The notes under the pieces: model-generated
Seen by the model: the letters and a program-made list of their open reading frames with translations, nothing else
Database searches by the model: none
Told to the model about the DNA's origin: nothing
Part shown: positions 51,159 to 64,000 of the stretch, in pieces
How positions within the stretch are numbered: the first letter of the stretch is position 1
Layout of the letters: each line of letters starts with the position of its first letter
Program-made: the position numbers and the translations under genes
Assembly: GCA_964016885.1 (NCBI GenBank)
Contig: OZ024745.1
Span: forward strand, 115,816,001 to 115,880,000
Direction: 5' to 3'
Length of the DNA stretch: 64,000 bases
Source of the DNA: Eledone cirrhosa
Taxonomy: Eukaryota

Positions 51159-52894
51159 TGTTTCTACTTTAGGCACAAGGCCAGCAAATACCCAGTTCAT
51201 TACTGGTACTTTATTTTATCGATCCCGTAAGGATGAAAGGCAAAGTCAACCTCGGCGGGATTTATAATAATAATACTCAGTGATGACATTAAAATGGAGT
51301 TTGGACTAGATAAATGCGCCAAAGCAACGTTCACCAGAGGAAAGCTGCTGAAGAGTTCAGACATTAATCTTGATCGGGGGAACGTGATAAGAGAACTTGA
51401 TCAAGAAAAAACTTATAAATATCTAGGTGTTTGTGAAGGAGACGGAATCAAGCACTCGACAATGAGGGAAAGGTTAAGGAAGGAATGTTACCGCAGAGTA
51501 AGAGCAATCTTAAGAATGGAATTGAATGCAAGGAATAGGATCGATGCCATAAACACGCTTGCCATACCAGTAGTAACCTACAGTTACAATGTTATCAACT
51601 GGTCAAGCACAGAGATCCGTAGGCTCGATACAAAAATTCGAAAATTCTTAACCATGCACAGAATGCATCACCCTAATGCAGATATAGATAGAATATATCT
51701 CCCTAGGAAAGAAGGAGGACGTGGGTTAATCCAGTTAGACATTGCGTTGAAAACTGCAACAATTGGATTATCTACATATCTAAGGGAATCACATGATTGG
51801 ATGATCAAACTCGTTTTGAAACACGAAAGCATCAAAAGATCATATTCCATTACAAAAGATGCACAATGATACAGTAATGGACTACAAATTTCAGAAGTCC
51901 CATTTACTGCTGAAATGGAAAACACAGAAAAAGCAAAGCAGGTAAAAGTAACTGCAAAGAAAGAACTGCTACAGAAATTGGCTAAGAAATGGCAAGAAAA
52001 GCCTCTGTATGGAAAATACACAGAGCGAGCTAACAATCCTGATGTTGACCAAACTTTAACCCATCAGTGGTTGGCATCCTCTGGACTGAAATCGGAGACT
52101 GAAGGACTGATTATATCAGCACAAGATCAGCCTCTGCCAACAAAAAATTACCAAACCAACATAATAAAAAATGGATGCAGCCCCTTATGCCGTGTATGCA
52201 AAAAACAACCAGAGACCATTGACCATATAATTTCAATGTGCAGTCCTATAGCTCCAACCGAATACCTAAACAGGCATGACAGAGCTGCACAATACATACA
52301 TTGGATAATGTGTAAGCATTTTGACCTGCCCCATCAAAAGAATTGGTGGGAGCATCAACCACCTCCCATACTTGAAAAAGATCACATCTCAATCTTGTGG
52401 AACTTTAGCATCCAAACAGACCGAAAAATAGATGCAAATAGACCTGATATAATATTGAAGGACTTTAAAAAGAGGGTATGCCTGCTAATTGATATGTCTG
52501 TTCCAATAGACAAGAATGTATCTATAAAAACATTTTAAAAATTGAGCAAGTATAAGGACCTGGAGATAGAAATTGGAAAAATGTGGAAATTGAGAACTAA
52601 AACAATACCAGTGGTTGTAGGCGCTCTGGGAATGATACCTAAGGGGTCTAATGATTACTTATCGCAAATCCCAGGAAACCCGCGTATAGGAGAAATACAA
52701 AAGATAGTACTAATGGGAACTGCCCATATACTAAGGAAGATTCTGTCAATATAAGTACATCACAAGTCTAAACACTAAAGATGCATGTGTGAGTATGTAT
52801 GTTCTTTCTTGAACATGGCGGACCTTGTCTCTTGAGGTCACTGGTTGTGACTTGGTGATAACTCGTATGAACATAAAGCAAGATAAATGCAACT

Positions 52895-52930
<36 letters not shown>
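48592..52930 (+). mobile_element. Head-to-tail cluster of R4/Dong-like RLE-type LINE 3' fragments (two families) and a SINE, separated by (AAT)n
   Basis: RT end (MEFGLDKCA, YKYLG, LPRKEGGRGL), CCHC (CRIC..ETVAH..SEC; CRVC..ETIDH..C), RHD, PD..D restriction-like endonuclease, IPIVIGALG. Family A: 48610-49232, 50081-50445, 50491-51095. Family B: 49233-50022, 51275-52895. Confidence 0.9.
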
Positions 52931-52931
<1 letters not shown>

Positions 52932-53357
52932 GAAGAAGAAGAAGAAAGAGTATGAGGAGGATGCGAAGAAGAAGAAGAAGAAGAAGAAGAAGAAGAAGAA
53001 GAAGAAGAAGAAGAAGGGAGAATGTTTGTGATAGGAAATTTGAATGAGATATATTCTAGGAGAATCTGTTCTTGTACGGAGGAAATGGTAAGTAGGAGAC
53101 TCTCATGTAAGGTATTTAGGTCAAAATGTCATCTGGTTTAGAAATATCTCATAAACAAAACCGATCTCAATAGAGGAGTTTACCTGAATCGGAGAGATTA
53201 AAGTAGGCAACAAATAACAAATCTAGATATAAGTGTTTTGATAAACTAAAACTAATAATAGATTAGCCGTTTTGAGTTTTCCTGAATAGAAGGGATACGG
53301 AATGAAGTTAATAACAAACCTTTCTGAATGTGTAAAATGTAAAACTATTTCACATAC

Positions 53358-53541
53358 CAGAAGTTATTTCGGCCTCTTCCTTTCATATTTCCTCCGGCAG
53401 CAAAAAGGGATTTTTCTGCTAATAACGTACAAGAAATCCAAAGACGTGGAGATGGTAGTCGGCTTCCTGCTCTCCATATATCTGTTTGCGTGTTATATAT
53501 TTCAAAACAATCTGTCGGGTTACCACCAATGTTTTCACCAC
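53358..53541 (-). CDS. Kelch-repeat protein, internal exon (first visible)
   Basis: Acceptor tttctttatatatttAG, donor GTATGT. Encodes (G)GENIGGNPTDCFEIYNTQTDIWRAGSRLPSPRLWISCTLLAEKSLFAAGGNMKGRGRNNF, with Kelch GG...Y...W...LPSPR spacing. 184 bp, phase 1->2. Confidence 0.88.
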
Positions 53542-55267
53542 CTAAATATATAAAGAAATATGTGCGTTTCAGCATCTTAAATACCAGCACACACTCTTTG
53601 TTCATTAGACAGTTTGAAATTAATTTATTTAGACTTATAATTAGTGTAAAGCAAAATGAACATCAAACATTGCAAAACATCTCTTAAACTAAGAAACGAA
53701 TATTGCTGTTAATAAAAATAACAAACTCCTAATACAAACTATGTTTAGTTGTTTATTCTACTCATAAAAACTTATGTCGATACATACATTCTTTCTGATA
53801 AGAAATTCGTTTGTATTCAAGAATAATAACCAGTTCTTATTCTGTTCAAAACCATGTATTTGTAAGGAAGTCGCATGATCATTATCACCAATTCTAGAAT
53901 GATATTGGTTTGTACAAGACCAACACTACAGGTTAAATATCAAATTTGTTGAATAAATGAATCGTAAACAACTAAGACCACCATTTCAAATACTGGAAAT
54001 ATTTTTAGCAAGTTAATTTCGAAAGTTATAGGTTATCTGGTAGGTATATTAGGCAGCGAATTGGCAGGGTTGTTAGAACGTTAGATAGATTGCTTCAAGA
54101 TATTCGTTTCAGCTCTCTGTGTTCAAATCACGCGGAGGTCAACTTTGCATTTCATCCATTCAATGGCCATAAAACAGTACCAGTCAAATACTGGGGTAGA
54201 TTCGTCCTCTATATTTCTTTCTCCCTTCCTTTCTGTCACTCTCTCTATCCTTCCCTGGAGGAAATCTGCTGTATTCAAACCTGGTGTGTAGATTGGGCTC
54301 CACAAGGTTTTAAAATGCACAAGAAAAGCAAAATTATATTGAGACACGGCGTCCCTGATACTCCACCAGGATTTACAGATACAAACAACGGCAGATAAAC
54401 CTTTCTACCTGCGAAAAAAAAAATCAATATATAATGTTTGTCATTCTCATATTCCAGTTTATGAAGATATTTCTTTTTGTACCATGATGTTTTCTTGTAT
54501 AACTTCACCCCAGGTCTGATCAAACAAATACATGTTATCTTCTCTGATGGTGTCGTTGCTTAGCCACTCGCTAACTGTGACCAAAAATGCTTAGTAACCA
54601 TTATCATTATCATTTTTAAGGACGTTGCATCTAGCATCTCTTCACTGTATCTTTTTTTACAGACATTAGTGTGAAATTTAAGGGGGATTTGACGGCTATT
54701 TCTAGCAGTTTGAACGACAACTTTGTCCCGAGAGCAAAGGATAAATTACAGTTATCCCCACCCAGATCAAAATTCACATTTGATTAAAGATTGGCGCCAA
54801 TGCACTAATTTGTTGGCAATATTAAATCTCAGAAATAACAGGCACATAACATGTTTCCATTCCGCTCCAAGCTTAAAAGGACTTTATCTTTAATAGGGAT
54901 AGGGCTGAAGAAAAGGCCTTCATAACACGGAAAGTATTTTATAGTTTTTTCACCACTAATATACTTTAACGACACGAATGTCATACATTCTCAATTTTCG
55001 TCGTCAATACGTTGTGATCTCATCTCTAAGTCGTAGTATGAAGTATAAAAAACACTTGTTATAGAAGCTGGCCTTATATCACTCATTGCATCATTCTTTC
55101 TGAACAACTTACTTTCATCTTAATAAACGAATGATTAATTTTAAACATACAAATTGCTCACCAGTTGCATATATATTCTCTCTTTCCCTCTATCCAACTA
55201 CTTACATAAACTCACCATGACAAGCAAGTGTTCTCTATGTTAAATTCGTTAACTTAAATATATATTT

Positions 55268-55455
55268 GGATTGGCTGTGTCGCGAGAGGGTCGGACGCCA
55301 TGCTTTGCAGCATAGAATTACGTCCCTTCAAGGTCTGAGTTCAATTCCTGTCGAGGTGAGCTTTGCCTTTCATCCTTACGGGGTCACTAAAATAAAGCAC
55401 CAGTAATGCATTCGTTTAATTGCTGGCCTTGTGCTAAAAGTAGAAACAATTATTT
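55268..55455 (+). mobile_element. tRNA-derived SINE
   Basis: Diverged A box, B box GAGTTCAATTCC, body, tail. Confidence 0.8.
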
Positions 55456-55928
55456 CTTAAAAGAAACGAAAACTTATATTGGTGAATAAGGATTTTAAAT
55501 AATTTTAGGTCGCATAAACCGAGCAGGTGTTCGCTTCAAAGTCATAATATTCCTGGTTCGATCTCACTCTAAATCATCTTGGGCAGACCGCTTTTACTAT
55601 AGCTTTCCGTCGACTAAATTATTGTCGCTGATATTTGGCTAGACGGAAGCTGTTTCGTAGCTCGTCGGATGGAATGTATCTGTAATTCAAACGGCCAGAT
55701 TTGTATCATAATGTATCAGGCTGAATCTACCCGTGTCGATGAAATGTTACAGCCTGTTAAGAAACAGGCTGTTTAATTGATTGGACAAAAGTACATTCAT
55801 ATTGGAAAATGATAGCGTTTGATTGAATTGAAGGGTGATATATCTAGAACTATTCTTTTAGAGCTTTGAATAGTCGACTTAAAGACTCGCCTCCGATATT
55901 TACCCTTTATTATTGTATCGATCCTGAG

Positions 55929-56140
55929 TGGATTGGCAGTATCGATAGAGCGTTAGACAGCAAGCTTTGCAACATAGAGTTATGGCCCTTTACGTTCTGA
56001 GTTAAAATCCCGCCGAGGTTAGCTTTGCTTTTCATCCTTAAGTGGCCGTTAAAATAATGTCATGGGGAAAAATCGATTTAATCGATTTTTCCCACCCTCA
56101 AAATTGCTGGCCCGGTACCTAAAGTAGAAATCATTATTGT
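55929..56140 (+). mobile_element. tRNA-derived SINE (long subfamily)
   Basis: TGGCAGTATCG, GAGTTAAAATCC, body, tail gtagaaatcattatt. Confidence 0.8.
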
Positions 56141-58877
56141 ATCGATCCTAGAAGTATGAACATTAAAATTGATCTATATTCTATTTGCACTATGAACGTT
56201 AAAATGTGCAACTAAATATGACTACATTTTGTCTGCCACACCACGCTCTCTGGTATTTCAAATTTTCGAAAATTGTATCTCCAACTAACCAGACCGACTT
56301 ATTGATTCGTGCATATGTTGTCAAGCCTGGGAAGATAAAATTCATAGTTCATCTTCGTTGGATTTGAGTGTAAAATGTAAAGAGATATACTTAAAGAGAT
56401 ATACTTAAATAATGCCTTCTGTCATCCATTTCCCCATTAATTAATGACATACTCTGAATATGATTCACAATGATGAATAAATGAGGAGTGTTTACAATGT
56501 TTACTTCTTCGTTGTAAACCAGTTCCAAAGCTGATAAATTATTCTTTGTGTAATATAATTTAATAGAAAGGTTTCAGCAACGGTCTCTGTTTGATCAAAT
56601 ATCATTTGTATCTTCATATTTAATTATCTTTTAATAAAATGCTCTTTTAAAGATAATTTCAATATAAGATGGTTGATTAGGAAAGAAACTGTTCGAAATA
56701 GTTCTGAAAATCAGTTGTGTATGAAATAATAATAATATATTCGTATGTGACAAAATAAGTAATTCAGAGTTTTTAGGAACTTGTCCTCTACTTTACAAAT
56801 TAAGTACTCGACATAACGAACTTGTAATAAATACTAGGCATATCCAAGGCCTACAAATGTAAGGTATTAGCATCACCGACAGACCACGTATTATCAAACA
56901 GAAACTGAAGGAGGTGTGGCTTTAAATCATTATTTTCTGACTGTACACTTCCATTTTAAAATTATCATGATGGTTGAATGACATCCATGAGCTTTGCTGG
57001 TCTCACTTGTGGATCCTATTGGATCATATGGAGACGGTTCTTCTGGCAGTACCCGCTGGAAGGAGTGTTTGAGGACTCTGTCCTCCATGACCCCCTCAAG
57101 AATAAGTGGGCGAAGAAGATTTTATATAATCAGGCTGAATATTTGCAGTAGAATTCCATCCATATGGCGCGGGTTAGGTTTCTACTCAATTTGGATTGTT
57201 TTGGCTCGACTAAAAATATTTTTATGCAAGGATTTATGGCAGAGTATCCTTTTCTATTTTCCAGGGCCATTTGTTCATGAATTGTGTTGCATGGCCAGCT
57301 TTGGACTTCAATTTGCAATTCAATAGAGTTTATAATTTGAAGATTGCTATGAAAAGTAAACAATGATGTCATTCAACTCAGATTGTAATGGAAAACATGT
57401 TCTCTGCGGTATTCACTTGAAAGATAAGGCGGATATCGTCCTCAATACACTAACAAATAGTTTGAATTCTGGATAATATGTGTTCCGAAAACATTATTTC
57501 TGGGCTAATGTATTAAATACAAATTTTACTATGAGGTTTATTTATGAATCAGAGAAGGAATGACGAGAAGGGAAACGTGCGTACAACGGGCGCCGTTTAG
57601 CTAAATCTATACGTATATTGTTAAATGACAAAGCTTGTTAGTTTGGAACCACATAAGATATTATAGTAGAGTTAGAAGTGATAAGAAAAACGAAATAGTG
57701 AGCATTAGAGCTAGAGTTTATAGCTCTTTGGTAAGTGAATCTTTAATACACCAGCCTAATGAATATTTATGGTTGAAGGTACTGATGTATGTGTGTACAA
57801 TAATTGATGCAAGTAATTTATTGTGGCGATTTACACTCTCTGCCACCTTAACCACGTAATTCTTATGAAGAAAAACTGAAATCAATTAAATGACATAATT
57901 CTGATAATTTAATGCAGTGTAAATGAAAATTATTCCTTTCATCTTAAATGTTGACATTTAATTCACTTAATTCTGACAAGACTTCCGATATTTAGAAAAC
58001 ATATTGTTATATGAAAGACATATGTATAAACATTTTATATAAACATGTTGTTCGAAAACTAAGTCTTTCTATGATTTCATTTTGACGCGGTAAATATTTG
58101 GAATTTATGGTAAATAGCAATACCATTATTTACAATATCGGGGGAGTTGGTTGTAATGAATAATGAGAGAACAGAGAGTTGAGAGAGAGGATGTTTATAA
58201 TGCGTATATATAATAGCACTTGAATAGTTTCAGTATTATTGAGTATTGCAGGATATGAAACTCCTTTGTTAGAGATTGTAATTGAAATCCGGAGTGAAAA
58301 ATTGGAGAATAGTTTTAAATATATATCGACGTTTAGGTGATGCTTTCTAGTTCAAGCTGGCAATTCATTGCCTCTCGTGGTAACTAACCATTTATTACCG
58401 AGGAGATGTGCTTTTTACTTCTATAATTGAATATACGCACTTCTATAATTGAATATAAGCACTTTGGTCCGTAAAACGTTTGTTCATATATATATAATAT
58501 TTATAAAACACCAAATAATCAATGCACTTTCAAACTGCCATAGGTTTCACCCGACAAAACTTCGTCCCGGGGCCATATAGTTACAGTTAAAAAAACATTA
58601 AAACTTTCAAATTAAAACATCTTTCAAAACTTTTTTTCAATCTAGGCGAGGTCGAAACACAAACATTTTAAAGCAACCTTAATTCCATGGTATGAAGAAT
58701 TAAATAAATAATTAATAATCAGAGCAATATATTTCATAAATAATTAATAATCAGAGCAATACATTTTAAACTTATAGCCTCGTTTAAATGATTTTTGTGT
58801 GGTTGATTCATGGTGATTGGGAGGAGAAATACTGTATATATTTTATCTAATGATTCTAAGGACTTACTTTTATATAT

Positions 58878-58930
<53 letters not shown>

Positions 58931-59389
58931 GGGCGAGAGAGAGAGAGAGAGAGTGAGTGTGCGACGGCACCGAGACCGACGAGGCCACTATTCGTAGAAC
59001 ACCAGCTGAAATTATTTGGCACCGCAGTCTGGATTTTACATCTCTCTCTCGCTTTATATATATATTTATATATGAGTGAGTCGCAAAGCGGTTAATTTAA
59101 GTAACATCGTTAGAATTTGAAACTCAAATTTGCTTGTTTGAAGGCAAATGACTAGTTGACGAAATCGGGTAAAGTACGCCTCGTTGACGGAGAACTGTAG
59201 ACAGAGGAACCAGGTGGCTTACACTATTGTTCACGTCTGTCTCTCTACATGTGAACAGTAATCTATTTCTTCAACTACCATTTATAATGATCGATCAGCA
59301 TCCCGGGCGCAGGCAAGAACAGCTTGGAGCAAAGTGGGAGGACATCCACGCTGGATGAAGCGAGAAGCCATGCATTGAGTTTGGATCTC

Positions 59390-59960
59390 AAAGTCATCTT
59401 CCTGGCTGCAGAGCCATCGTAATGTATTGTATAGGGTGTTTGGTGGGGACGAGGAGGGAATCTGCGGGTTTGTTGAATATGGAGGTAGAGAGAGTGTGGT
59501 GGCTGTGATCCAGAGATAGAGAGGGAGAGGAGAAACAGAGAGATGTCACGAAATTGAACGAAAGATACGGATTCGGAGGTAAGGACGAATTAAAAATGGA
59601 GTCGACCATTGATGGGAAAGAGAGATGGTACAGATACAATCATAGATATAACCAGCGTATATCTCAGGGTTTACTTCAGAGTACTGGGACAAGATCTGGA
59701 CTTCTAAGTAACCAGAGACCAAATTGGCGTAGTTCGGGCTCATTCTGGTCGCCGTGGCCAGCCCAGAGACCTGCTGGTAAAGCTTTCCGGAAAAGGAAAG
59801 ATATGGAGAGGGAGAATGAGCTCAGCAAGGCAGAGAAGAGTGAAAGTGCTCGAGTAGGGTGTAGGATGTAAGTCCAAAAAGAGTCGGCGAGCACGGAGGC
59901 CGTCATCGCGTGGGATGATGGTATTGAAGATATCCAACGTGAGGAGAGGGTGCGAGTGGC
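59390..59960 (-). mobile_element. Penelope/Poseidon-like RT fragment (diverged)
   Basis: MSPNYANL..GYLE....YAGYIYD...FNKP.DS; homologous to ~60760-61360. Confidence 0.75.
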
Positions 59961-59999
59961 CACGAGAGAAGAACTAGTTGTACCGACTAACAACTTGAT

Positions 60000-61570
60000 T
60001 AGTGTCCAAACCCCCTGACTTCCCCCTCTCCGCACCTAAGCACTCACTCCTCGGTAGAGGCTTTCGCTTCATACTCCACATACAGCGACGAGTTCCGCAC
60101 CGAACGGAAGTCGAGCGATTCGTGCGACGCACGAAGTTACACTGGCTCCGAACGCCCCAGACCCGTTTCTCGCCCTGGGTCGACGACAATCGTCTTGGAC
60201 GCCGGCACTAGGGCAATTTAGTACCCTGGAGACGTTCGTTGACGCCTGCCGTAGCGCAGAAAATCGCTTCGACTTCCGCCACCGTTCCAAACGGCATAAC
60301 ATCACACGTGGCGAACTCCTCGTTCTCCGCTCCCTCCGTAGTCGAGATGCCATCATCATCAAACCGGCGGACAAGGGAGGTGGCGTGGTGGTGTGACGCG
60401 CTGACCTCTACACGGCCGAAGCCCTCAGGCAACTCCGTAACCCTTCTTCTACCGCCCTCTACCCTCCAACCCCACACCCCTCTACCAACAACAAGTTTCA
60501 TCCACCATCCAGCAACTTGTCTCCTCCAGCCTCCTCCCTCCCCGCACCCCCACTATCTACTTCCTACACAAACTCCACAAACCCGACAATCCCGGACGCC
60601 CCATCCTCTTCGCTGGCAACTGCCCCACCGAACTCATCTCCGCGTTTCTTGACTCCATCCTCGCCCCACTCTTCACCACCCTTCCCTATCACATCTCCGA
60701 TATCAACCACGCCTTTCGCCTGTTCGACTCCCTCACTTTCCCACCCGGCCCACACACCCTCCTCTTCACCCTAGTTATCAAGTCCCTCTATACTGTCACC
60801 CCCCTTGCTGACGGCCTACGTGCCCTCCGTCACTACCTCGACCTTCACCCCTCTCCCATCCCCTCCACCCAATCCTCATTCGCCTCGCCGAGCTGGTCCT
60901 CACCCTCAACTGCTTCTCCTTCTCGGAGTTTTACCAATAGGTCACGGGGTTAGCCAAGTGCAAAAGAATGGGCCAAACTATGCCAAACCTTTCGTTGGCC
61001 ATGTTGAGGCCCAAATCTTTGCCCGGTACACCGGCCCCACGCCCGAACTGTACGGTCGTTACATCGACGACTCTATCGGACCACGACCCTCACCTGAGAA
61101 CAGCTCGACTCCGTTCTCTCCTTCTTCTGCTCCTTCCAGCCCTCCCTCCACTTCACCACCTCTATCTCCACCACCCACGTCCACTTGTTAGACATCTCCG
61201 TCGCCATCGACCCTTCCCACCGCTCCCTCGTCACCTCCGCCTTCTTCAAACCTACCTCCTCACACTCCTACTACCTCGACTTCACATCCTCCCACCCTAC
61301 ACACAAAAAACACTCTATTTCCTACTCCCAACTCCTCCGGATCCGCCGCCTCTGTATCCGAGACGCTGAGTTTGAGTCCCAGGCCCTTTCCCTAGTCAAT
61401 CATTTTTCCTCCCTTTCCACCCCCCCCCCCCTTTTTCTAAATGTCCTTCTCCCCCTCCCCCACATACCCTCGGAACTCTCTTCCTACCCACTTTTCTCCT
61501 CATGAAGGGCTTATGCCCGAAACCCCCCCCCCAATCTCAAAAGCGTGAACCTAATAAACTTTTATTTGTA
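60000..61570 (+). mobile_element. Penelope/Poseidon-like element RT pseudogene with degenerate HHR tail
   Basis: IIKPADKGGGVVV, P.PGRPI, MGPNYA..FVG, YGRYIDD, LD.S, KPT..H.Y.DF.S.HP...K.SI.YSQLLRIRRLC; 3' ctcatgaagggcttatgcccgaaac and AATAAA. Confidence 0.85.
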
Positions 61571-61602
61571 CTGCCTCTCTGTTTTTGTTCCCGTCTAAGT
61601 TT

Positions 61603-61649
<47 letters not shown>

Positions 61650-61668
<19 letters not shown>

Positions 61669-62850
61669 GTTGTGGAACACTGGAAGGTAATATCAGTAGT
61701 GGTGGAGAACTCAGTCCAAGGGACGAGTTAGGCAGAAGTGGTTACACAAAAGTTAGTTAACCATACCGAGAACAATTGTTTCACCTTAGCGGATCTTCAG
61801 CTCGGGATGTGTATGGTTATAGGAACAGGGAGGACAACCGTACGAACGCGCATGCGCAGAAACTCGGTCACTTCACACAGGCAATACTAGACTGCGTGCG
61901 AGAGGTGTAAGGGAGATAATTGCGAAAGTCCGGAAAGTTTTTGGGTTGAAAATAAAATTAAAATTAAATTAAAAATAAAATTACAAAGAATCAGTCCGGA
62001 GCCTTATAGTTATACAATAGATGTTTGGTGTCGTGTGGACAACGTGTGAAAAATTCACATCTCGTGTTTAGGCAATCACTATTGCGTAATCTCTTTAGGA
62101 TAGTTATTCGTTCGTCAATACATAAGCCACACGTCGGATTTCGCCTTGCGTATGGCTTGGACTTAGTGATGGCTTTCCATTGAATGGAGTAGCCTATACT
62201 TGAGTCCTTGAGGGACCATACGTGGCTCGCGAGTTTCGTGGATGAACGTCTGTCCGGGTATCTGAAAGTAGACTGGTGGTTCAGGAAACGCTCCTTTAAT
62301 CGGCCCTCCGCCATGCTCACATAGGATTTGACCTCCTGTGGTTCGTTTAGTCGGTTGGAAGAGACCACAGCTTCATAGATTACAGCTGGTGTGTTGCTTG
62401 CTGTTGAAGGGGGCAAGCTCCAGCCTTACGGCAAGAGCACCCTAGTGGGGTGTTGTTCCTAGGGCTGCTGGTGATGTAGGCCTTCATGTTCTTAGCGCAG
62501 CAGTATCCTAGTTTAACTTTGTGTCGGTTAAAGATGGAGCGGTATTTATGACTTATGGCAACGTGTATATCTAAGAGGGTTAGACATTTTTTTCCTACAT
62601 TGGTTTTAACGTTGAGTGAGAAGGGAGGAGAGAACCAGATAGTTTGTCTATTGTTGTGCTAACTTTTCCTAATGGTGTTGTTGCTAGTGGGAGAGTAGGT
62701 GATAGGTTGTGAGAAGCCGCTGTTAGCCAACTCCGTGTTATAGTAGGGTGCCGCCCTGTCAAAGATATCCTTATTAGAGGAGAGTTTTGAGATTCTAGTA
62801 CTGATATTCTTAAGGAAGTTTCTAAAAACAGTGGGAGGGTGGCATGAGTC
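61650..62850 (-). mobile_element. Penelope-like element 3' portion (thumb/linker + GIY-YIG + pLTR)
   Basis: S.HPP.V..N...ISTRISKLSS...FD.A.PYY..L; IFNRHKVKLGY; VIYEA...SYV.MAE...KERFLNH...KLA.HVW...CGLC..E...LNTR.E..TRCPH. Confidence 0.88.
61758..61819 (-). ncRNA. Canonical type I hammerhead ribozyme in PLE pLTR
   Basis: CCGAG-CTGAAGA-tcc gctaa ggt-GAAA-CAATTG-TT-CTCGG; stem I extended by taaccatac/gtatggtta. Confidence 0.8.
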
Positions 62851-64000
62851 CTTGTGAATGTGTGTGTGTGTGTGTGTGTGCGTGTGTGTGCGTGCGTGTG
62901 TGTCCGAGTGTACCCCTGTGTGTGTGTGTGTGTGTGTGTATGCATTAGAAATAATCATTCAAACTGGAACTATTCAGAATAATTTATTCTTTCCCGTTGT
63001 CTATTTAAATTCCATGGCAATATTTCAAACGTAAAGGGATAATTTGAACCTTATCATTTACAGCTGATCAATAAATACATTCTAAATGATTCATCTTGTT
63101 AAACATTTTCTGTCTAATCCCGAAGAATTATGTTTATTACTGAAATATAATCGCTCAATGTTGCGATAGAAACCTACCAAATATTTGCGTTTTATGGTTG
63201 TTGTATTATGAGTAAAAGCATAGTGAAAACATAATGTCTGTTAGTTAGGAGTCACCTTTTAATTTATTTGATAGGCGACGTATATAATTACATTAATAAT
63301 CTGAGGCCATCGGGTAGCAAACATGTAATAGGATTCAAATATTGTTTATGATAAACAAAATATTTTTCCCAGTAGATTAATGTTTCTTTTGTTAACATAT
63401 CTTTACATATATTTGTTACACTCTATTTCTATACTAATGTCTCTCGTATAGGTTCCCTAGCCAATTCCTCTTAGTTCAAAACATGATTGCTACATATGCT
63501 TTTATAAAATGTGTATAACACTTTCTTTCCTATCCAAATAGCTATTATACTCTAGCTCTATAACACCCAACAATATATATTATATAATATCCAACAAAAT
63601 CTTTTTACAAACTTATTTGCTATATAATCTTCATAAAATATTTCCATATGTATATAGATACATTAGTCGTATGGAGAGTATATATTCGCATGTCAGAAAG
63701 AAATAACGATGTCAATTTACTGCTGCCTTCAGGTTCTTTGTAGATTACCATTAACATCAATACTATTTATATTTGTTGAGATAATATATATTATATATAT
63801 TATATATATTATATAGTATTCGATTTAAAAGCAATGCTCATAAGCTTGTTTCATATAATCCTTCAACACTCAATCATTCAGATGCAATCTTTGAAGGTTG
63901 CTACACGCAACTCTTTGCGTAACTTCCCTTCACGAATCCTCGACATTATTTCTTTCTTTCTATCGTGTCCTCTACTTTCTGCTCAACGTTTTCCTTTCAT

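Noticed and set aside
54275-54410. Minus-strand candidate upstream Kelch exon (cgcAG|GRKVYL...)
   Set aside because: No GG at the Kelch position and no phase-1 donor that joins sensibly to the 53541 exon.
56990-57330. ORFs of 80-110 aa
   Set aside because: No splice support; at best a decayed LINE RT remnant (RKGYS-like motif on the minus strand), too weak to call.
58970-59035. CCGACGA...GAAA hammerhead-like spacing (also ~16430-16490 on the minus strand)
   Set aside because: Stems I and III cannot be formed convincingly.

Overview
AT-rich eukaryotic (animal) genomic DNA, very dense in (TA)n, (ATGT)n, (AAT)n and (GATA)n microsatellites. The dominant tRNA-derived SINE and the microsatellite profile suggest an octopod cephalopod (inference). 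I can support one host gene: the last five coding exons (minus strand, 53541->11829, about 237 aa, all GT-AG and phase-compatible) of a Kelch-repeat beta-propeller protein. The ORF track largely misses it. The rest is transposon-derived: Penelope-like elements (PLEs; RT + C-terminal GIY-YIG), a near full-length degenerate Tx1/L1-type LINE, a head-to-tail chain of R4/Dong-like RLE LINE fragments in (AAT)n, an RTE fragment, a deleted mariner, hAT and pogo MITEs, a truncated Helitron, two non-autonomous Helitrons and more than 10 SINEs. The most notable hidden layer is a collection of type I hammerhead ribozyme (HHR) motifs from several PLE/retrozyme-like families. Some have non-canonical cores (CAGAAGA, CCGATGA, a U3-A8 covariant). 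One is amplified into an 8 x ~99 bp tandem ribozyme array, one is carried as cargo by a Helitron family, and many sit in near-perfect fold-back palindromes. All calls are by eye; no searches or folding programs were run.
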